Part shown: positions 52,101-61,100 of the stretch, in pieces | How the letters are laid out: every line of letters starts with the position of its first letter | How positions within the stretch are numbered: the stretch's first letter is position 1 | Assembly: GCA_050084985.1 (NCBI GenBank) | Contig: JBITNC010000001.1 | Coordinates: forward strand, 24,614,001-24,678,000 | Direction: 5' to 3' | Origin: Nageia nagi | Lineage: Eukaryota; Plantae; Pinophyta | Length of the DNA: 64,000 nt | Made by a program: the position numbers and the translations under genes | The notes under the pieces: model-generated | The model's database searches: none | Seen by the model: only the letters and a program-made list of their open reading frames with translations | Told to the model about the DNA's origin: nothing

Positions 52101-55100
52101 TAAGTTTGAGAACCCTAGGGATTGGCATATAAGTGTACAAACTAGACTCTATCATCAAAAGAGACACCAATGAATATCCAATGGCGTTGAAAGAGCCTGT
52201 CTGGTAATGTAACAAGTCCAAGGCAGAGGAAATGATCGCATCATCATCTACCACTGTGAAGGGGTCAATGATAGACTGATCACCTCTAACAATGGCTATT
52301 CGAAGCAAGGAAGAATAAGCTAGGGGCAAAAGAATGAAGGCTTCCAAAGCAAGATTGAAGGGCTGCATTTGTCATTCACACTTCCAAGATTTCAAGGTCG
52401 CATTTCTTTCTTAGTTGGTGAGTTTTTTTACTTTCAAGTTGTATTCTTCTTTATGTTTGGAGTCTTGTGACAGCATTTTTCTTCTTCTTTTGTGACTATT
52501 TTAGTTTTTTACATGGTAGTGTTTTAGTTTTTAACTGTATTTTCATTTTTTACTACTTTTTTTGTTTCCTTAGGGTATTGTTTTTGTTTTTTAGGGCTAG
52601 TTTTTCTATGCAACTTCTAATTTAAGCAAAGAAAATGAATACTCAAAAAGATCCAACATGAAAACCAATCAAGTAGGTGGTTGGGCAGCTTGAATGCAAT
52701 TATTGTAGCAAGGTCATATGTGGTGGAATCAACAACGTCAAATACCATTTTGTCCATATTTCAGGTAGGGATGTGGAGATACGTCACAATGTGCCAAAGA
52801 TGGTACGAGAGATGAATGCTGACCTTGAGACTTTTTGTGAGGTGAAGGAACAAAAACCAAAAATAAGGGCAACAAAGGGTAGCATATTCAACACCTCCAC
52901 CTTTTGTAGTTGGTTCCATTCATAAAAACATTGGCCATAGGGTTGGTCATGCTTTTGGAACTAAATATAGCTCATAGTCGCATTTTGCAACCAATTAATT
53001 TTCGTTCCTCATAACAATCCAAGTGGCCAAAAAACTCTTATGGCAACTTGTTGGAACAAGAAGATGCATGCAAAGGACAAAAAAGCAATGGCCAAGTTTT
53101 GGTTGTTTTTGCAACATTCAATTTCATGTTGCAAGCTTGTCATACTATGATGTTATGGTGAATGTTTTGACAATTGTTGGTGCAGGGTTCAAACCCCCAA
53201 CATATCATGAGTATAGAGGACCCCTTATTACCCAATGTGGAGAAGACGTGTATCTACGTGTTGCTAAGTAGCAAAAAATATGAGTGAAGAAGGGTTGCAC
53301 TATTATGTTTGATGGATGGACGGACATATGGAAGAGGAAAAACATTCATCAATTTTTCATTGCTTCAGCAAGGGGCATTGTATTTTTATAATCAATAAAT
53401 GCTTCTGACAAGATAAAATCAAAAAGAACATTGTTCGCTTTGCTTGAGGAGGCAATATTAGAGGTTGGGCCAAAAAGTTTGGTCCAATTTATTATCAACA
53501 ATGCAACAACATATCTAGCAACATGGAAACTTCTTGAAGAGAGGTTTCTTGCTATTTTTTGGACTCCTTGCACAATTCACTGCAATAACCTTATATTGAA
53601 GGATATAGGGAAAATAAATTGGGTCAAAGAAGCAATGATCAATGAGAAAAATAACAAAATTCATCTACAATCATTCATGAGTTCTTAATGAAATATTCCA
53701 AACTAGGGCTGATCTAGAATCATGCCAAAGGGGTTCACAAAAATTACTAAAAATTCCGATCAAGCCATTTATGCACTTCAAATATCCAAAATGCCCTAAT
53801 CTCACTCAAAAAATGTAAACGTCCATCTTAAATAGCAATATTTTGATGCCAGAATCCCAACATCTAAGTTAGTAATGCCAGATCACTTCAATTACGCTCA
53901 ACATAATGCAATTATCTCAGCAAGCTCAACATCTAACCAGTAATGGCAAGATAACACAAAATAGCATCCACAATTCCAATGTCTAGGCTAGGGAGCAAGA
54001 TCTCAACCAAAATAGCCCAACATTTAATAGCAAAGTGCACAAACTCAAAAATAATCTCTTATAGTGCCACGACCATGCAACTAGGGAAAGATCTCATAAA
54101 ATAACAATAATAAATTGAGCCACAAATGTAATTGAAATAATATTGCAAAGAAGTACCAAATTACATGCCTCAATGTTCAAAGCAAGTGTTCCCTAAATGA
54201 TTCCTCGAATTTTTATAATTTTTGAATAAGTAAATCCTCAATAGCGACAAGGCTTGCACCAGGGCTTCCTCCTTCAATACGTTGTGGTGGAGACTCTAGG
54301 GTCCCACTAGCAGTGTTAAGATAATCTAGAGTAATGCCAACACCCCCAAATAGTTAGTTGTGGCCTTTGAGGTATGATAGTCCTCAAAGTAACAATTCGT
54401 TAAGTCTTGAAGCTTTGCCAGGCTTCAAGTACCTCTAGGTGGGTTTTCGTCCACAAGGGTAGAAAGAGAGTTGGCACCCTACATCCACTATAAAAGAGAG
54501 AGGAGTAATAATTAAGCATATCTTCAAATGAGCTCTCATCTCCCTTAGGCATCCAAATGGGCTTCTTGTCCTACGTCCACTTCTAGATGCTTCTATGATA
54601 CCCTCATCACCATAATTGCCTTTGATTGTCGAGATTTGCTCTTGGAGTGAGACATTGCATCATATGTACCTTGGGATTACAACAATCTCATCTAAGGGGC
54701 TCAATTCACCCTTAGGAATAGGAATACATCATATTGATTACAAATGTGTCTCGAGATCCACGAAATCATCCTTGAAATCATGAAACTCTACCTCTAATGG
54801 GTCATCCCATATAGAGGGAAGTTCTATTACATTTTGAGGCATACTAACTGCACTTTTAATTTACTAATTACAAATAAACTCCTAAATACAAATTAATCAT
54901 TTTATTACTCCAAGGCATACCTTGGAATCACGTATTACAAATATTGGAGCATTGCTAGTGGCCCACTTATTACAAATATTAAAATACCCCTAAATAATGG
55001 TAAATCACGCCTAAATAAATTATATTGCAATTGCTCATCCCTAGAAGAGGAACGTCACTCTCAAATGAGAGAGAATTACGAATTCCCATGCGTGCGTGAT

Positions 55101-58100
55101 ATGAGAAATCTGACCCAATGAGTGACCTTCCAAATGCCATATTTCCTTCGTTTCTTGACGAAACCATGTCGTGCAACCTGTCAAAATGATTGGCATGAGA
55201 TTCTCTATCCATTTCAAGTGATGAATCAGCAATTCCGAGCTTGTGGAAAACAAAATCTCTTCAGGATCAAAAATGAGTGGAACCTTAAAATTTGGGAATA
55301 TTACAATTAACTTGATGAGGTGACATAAGAATGGAAAGGAGATTGTTCAACTTGGTGTCACAAGATTTGCCACCAATCCTTAGTTTGGAGAGCCTTCATT
55401 CCATAAGGGTAGCAATAAAGAGGAAGTTTACTTCCCATGAATGTTCAAACTCCAATATTTCTACTATAGATGAACCCCTTCTTGTCATAAGCATTGTTTT
55501 TTATGAAGGTTTTGGAAAACTTCACATGAAAACATCCAAGTTAGTAGTGGTTCATGATTTAAAAAAATTTGAATATTTTTTTGCAACTCATGTTTTTAAC
55601 TAATATTTGTTTTCTTCATATATTCAAGTATTTCAACCCTTGGTGAAAGCTCTTTGCATTGTTGAACTTGCAAACAAATAACCAATGTGGTATTTATATG
55701 AGGCCATGGGCAAGGCCAAGGAGTCCATTGCAAGGCATTACAAACATGTAGCAGCCAAGTATTATTCTTTTTTGAGAGTTGATTGATTGTAGATGATCCA
55801 ATCAACTTCATAAGCCCATTCGTGCAACTCCTATCTATATCCTAAATATTTTTATGACTCATCATTTGTGGCCAATGATAAAGTTCTCACTAGGCTTTAT
55901 ATTTACCTCAAAAGGATGGTCTATGATAACGAAAAAAATGAATCAAATACAAAGAGAGCTACAAATTTATAGGAATGCAAAGGGTTATTTTCCCGCGAGT
56001 ACATTTTGCAGTAGGTCACATGCAACTGAAAATCCAAGTAACATTTATTTTACCCTTTATTTCTATTTCAAGTTTTCTAAAATGTGATTGGTTTTTAATT
56101 TAGTATTTTTTATTGATTTTCAGCTATTTGGTAGAGTCCTTTCGTAGGAAAACACCTCTCCTCCAACAAATGGCAAATCAGAATTTGTCCCGACCTTGAA
56201 GCTCTACTGAATGTGAATGTAATTGAAGTATGTTTGAGCACATACACTCCAAAAGGCACAACATGTTGCCTCAAGAATGATTGAACAACTTGATGTACAT
56301 GCACTATAATTTCATGCCCCGTCATAGACAAATAGATGAAGTTAATCATGATGTGATCAATTTGGATGAGATTGATCCCTCTTCTAAATGGCTCATGGAA
56401 CTTGAAAGAAAAAATTTGCAACAAAAAGAAAGCTAGTTCAAGAGGGTATCAAACACATTGAGAGAGAGAAAGAGAATGTGAACTTGGAGCCATGGAAGAA
56501 GCACCAACAAAGGCACAAACATCCATAGCAATAGCAAAGGGAAAGGCAAAAAAGGGAACATCATCGATGTGTTTGTGATAAACATTTTGCTATATATTTT
56601 CATGACAGAAACACTATGTAATTTTCATATTTAATAGAAATGATATGTTGCCCTTTATCTAGAATCATATTTCTTTCAAAAAAATATTTGTCACATAATT
56701 GCCAAATAATGTGCCACATTTTGTAATAAACACTTTGATATGTATTTTGAGGACATAAACAATATTTATTTTTCATATTTAATGCAAAATATATGCTACA
56801 CTTTATCTAAAATCATATATTTTCATTTTTATGGCCGCATAATTGTCCAATTGCCAAATATACTCCACATCAACCCAAATGATTATTGGTTGAATTTGTT
56901 TTTTCAAACTAAGGCGTTGATTACTCCCAACCCATCACTCTATATATTTGAAGCTTGGTGAATAAAATAGGTTACTAGAGGGTAAGAGGCAAAAACTAAT
57001 AAGGAAATTAAATGTAGGGCATTGATAGTAAACCTAATGATGTTAGATTTAATAAAGGTGAAAGATTAAAACAAATTGTTGAGGTTGTTGGGTCAATAAG
57101 GTGTGATTGCTAGGCTTTCATACAAAAGGATATGAGTGCAAGTAAACAATGATAAGCAAATGCAAAGAAATATTAGAAAACAAGTAAGCACAAACAAATA
57201 ACCTGCCAAGAGGTACTTTTGTACAGTTATTTTATTGGAAATCTGATGCTCACTCCCGATTTTGTGAAGCTCAAGTCCACCTTGAAAGTTACTTAAGCAT
57301 TGTAACAGTTATTGTCATTGTTTATCTTCTAGGAGGAATACAAAATGAAGGACATGCAAAGGCTATTCCCAACCTATAAAATGTAACATTAGCTTGTACA
57401 ATAGCAATGGAGAGTTGAGAATCAATCATAAGTGTTATTTGGGATTGTAGTTTATCTTCACTATTGAGGAATTGAAGACAAAAGATTATGCTCCTTCCTA
57501 TGTTGATATTTTCTTGTATGAATGCATTATTTTGCTTGTATTAGACATCCCAAACCCAAATCAGCTTGTGAAACTCATTCTTGCAATTTTTCCAAACTAC
57601 CTATGATATGCCTATCTGCTTTACAAACCGCCTATAGTTTGCTTATCAGATGTAGTTCTTTATGTAATGAAGTTCTTTTTGTTATCCCAACATTTATTTG
57701 GAATTTTTCTAAGTTTTTCAAGTTATTATTTCACATTTCATATTACAGCTATAGTTGATCTCAAGGGTTAGAGTGAGCTTGGGTTTATGATCTTTCTTGC
57801 TATTGATCAAGTTTTTTTTGCAAATTCATTGAAGAAAAACTTTGTTTGTTGTTGTTCAAGTGTTGTGGCCAATACCAATAGCTCTCTTCTCATTCCACAG
57901 TTTAGTGGGCAAGATTATGACTATTGGAGGATAAAAATGAGAGCATTGTTAATCAGAAAGAACCTTTGGGATATTGTAGATGCTAGTTATGAGGAGCCAT
58001 CTGACTAGAGCACATTGCAACAAGCTGATAAGCAAGTAAAGAAGGAGGCTATGAAGAAGAATTCTTTGGCCTTACACAACATATAGTCCTTCACAAGAGC

Positions 58101-61100
58101 TTGTTTCCTCACATAGCAAATGCAACCTCAACCAAGGGCACTTGAAACACTCTACAGGAGGCTTACCAAGGAAGTGACCAAGTAAAAGTGGTCAAGTTGC
58201 TAACCTTGAAGAGGAGTTTGAGAATTTGAAGATGTAATATGCTAAGTGTGTGTAAGTGAATATGTGTTTGTGTGAAGGATGTGGTCAACAAAATGGCCAC
58301 TCTTAGAGACCAATTGAAGGAGATTGTTGTCAAGAAAGTATTACAAACTATTGAACCAAGATGGAATTATGTGAGCATTATCATTGAGGAGAGCAAGGGC
58401 TTGACAAAACTAGAGTTTGACCATCTAGTTGGCTCTCTTATGTCTCATGAGGAAAGATTAAAAGAGATTTTTGGAGAGAGTGATGAGAAGCTTTTTGCCT
58501 CCAAGTTGAGAGTTTCTAGAGGTGAAGGTGCAAGCACAAGTGGAAAAGGGCAAGCACAAGGACAAAGAAGAAATCAAAATTCTTATAGAGGAAGAGGAGG
58601 AAGACGTGATAATAAGTCTTTGGAGGTAGCTGCAAAAGGTGTGATGGAGTAGATAAAAAAGAAGCAAATAAATGACATTTACTACACTCCAAATCTAAAC
58701 ATAATTTGCTAAGTGTTGGAGCAGCTTGTTGAGAAGAACTATAGAGTGGTGTTAATGATAAGCAATATATTATTTATGATAAGAATCGTAGGAATAGAAT
58801 TGTCACCATATGATACGACATGATGTCTTTTAATGTCCTTTAGACACAAATAATCTATGGGACCTACCAAAATTTGCCCAAAGATATATATATATATATA
58901 TATAACAAATGCCATTATAGAATTGTGTAATAGCTTTGTAAAATGGGAAAATAAGGAGAAAATGAATCTCATCTTTTATAGCATTTAAGTTACAAAGCTT
59001 ACAAATTCTTTTATCCATTGGTGTTTTAGGTATTATCTATCTACCTAGTTCACTATGCAAGTTATGTGAATTAGTTCTCAATTTTGCAATCAATTTTATA
59101 TGTGTAGGATGAATGTACAAGTTTTGGGTTGATGATGTTTTTATATTAGTTCCCATGACAAGCAATACAATGTTCCCTTTGAAGTTTAGAAGTTAAGAGG
59201 CGCAACTTGTCAAATATTGCTATTGAAGATAAGAGTTGGTTGTGGCATCTCAAGTATGGGCACTTAAATTCTCATAGTTTCGAACTTTTTTCTCAAGAAT
59301 AGGTATATGGCTTACCCAAAGTTGAAGAACACAAGGGAGTGTGTGAAGGATGTGCCATTGGAGAGCATGCTACACAAAATTTCCCAAGAGGTAAAGCATG
59401 AAGGGCTTCATATCCACTCCAATTAGTGCATTTTGATATTTGTGGACCAATGCAAACAAAGATTTTAGGTAAGTCCTACCACTTTCATTGATGACTACTT
59501 AAGGAACTATTGGGTGTAGTTATTGAAACACAAGGATGAAGCTTTTAGTGTCTTCAAGAATTTTAAAACTTTTGAAGAGAAAGAAAATGGTTACAAAATA
59601 AAAAATTTAAGAATTGACTGTGGGGTTGACTTTTGTTCAAAGGAAATCAAGCAGTTTTATGAACACTAAAATAAAAAGGCAGCTTACTACTGCCTATACA
59701 CTTCAACAAAATGGGTGGCAAAAAGGAAAAATAGAACCATTGTAGAGATGGCAAGAAGCATGCTTCAAACCAAGGGCCTGAACAATTCATTTTGGGGAGA
59801 TAAAGTTGCCAACAACAGTGTATATTCTAAATAGGAGTTTTACAAGTGCACTTGACAAAACTACTGCATATGAAGCATGATATGGCAAGAAACACAATGT
59901 AAATCATTTTCAAGTTTTCGGTCGTTTATCCTATGTCCATATGAATGATGAGATCAGAAAGAAGCTAGATCTCATGAGTAAGCCTTGCATTCTTGTTGGA
60001 TATTCTGAAACTTGTAAAGCTTATAGGCTCTCTAACCCAAAAACTCACAAAGTTGTAGTCTCTTGAGATGTAATTTTTGATGAAGGGATAGTTTATAGTC
60101 ATCAAAAAAACCAAGCTACCAAGAACATCAATGTTGGAGGACAGCCTCTAACGTTCCCACTTCTCCTAGTCCACCAAGCAGCCCATTAAAGGAGAATACT
60201 TCAAGTTCCAAGTTCAAGTGATTCATCTCTAAGCCCAACCATTAAGACTAACAAGGGGAAAATAACTCTTCACGCCCATCCACCAAGCCAAATGCTAGAT
60301 GGCAATTTTGAAAGGCGAATTACAAGGAGCCAAGCATAAAAGGTTGATCAAGTGGTATCAAAGTTGGAAAGGTCACATCTATGGAGATGATGAAGAAGTA
60401 AAAGGTGAGTTAGTGAACTATGCATTAACCATTTGAATTGATTTTGAACCATCTTGTATTGAGGATGCTTGTACTAATGGAGTGTAGATGCAAGCAATGC
60501 AAAAGGAAATTAATTCCATAGAGAATAATGATACTTTGAAACTTGTGAGATTGCCCGAGGATAAAAAAGTTGTGGATCCAAGAGCGTCTATAAGACCAAG
60601 TTTAACAATGATGGAAGCATTGAGAGGCACAAAGCTAGACTTGTTGCAAAGGGATTCACATAGTGACACAATGTTATGGAAATGACTATGAAGAGACATT
60701 CACACCTGTTTCAAGACAAAAAACAATCAGAATGGTTATTGCAAGGGCAGCTCAAAAAGGATGAAGTGTACATCACATGGATGTAAAAAGTGTCTTCTTG
60801 AATGGGTACTTGGATAAAAAGATGTGCAGCAACATCAAGGTTTTGAGGTTAGAGGACAAGATGAATATATGTACAAATTGAAGACAGACTTGCATGGCCT
60901 ATGGCAAGCATTAAGGGCATGGTATGCCTAGATTGATGAATGCTTCCACAATTGTGGGTTCAAGAAAAGCATGGGTGAGCCTACTCTCTACTAAAAGAAA
61001 GAAGGTAATGATATTCTTGTTGTATGTTGTTGAGTTGATTTGTTATGGGTAGCAGCTCCAAGATGACATATGATTTCAAGAATATTATGATGGAGTTTAA

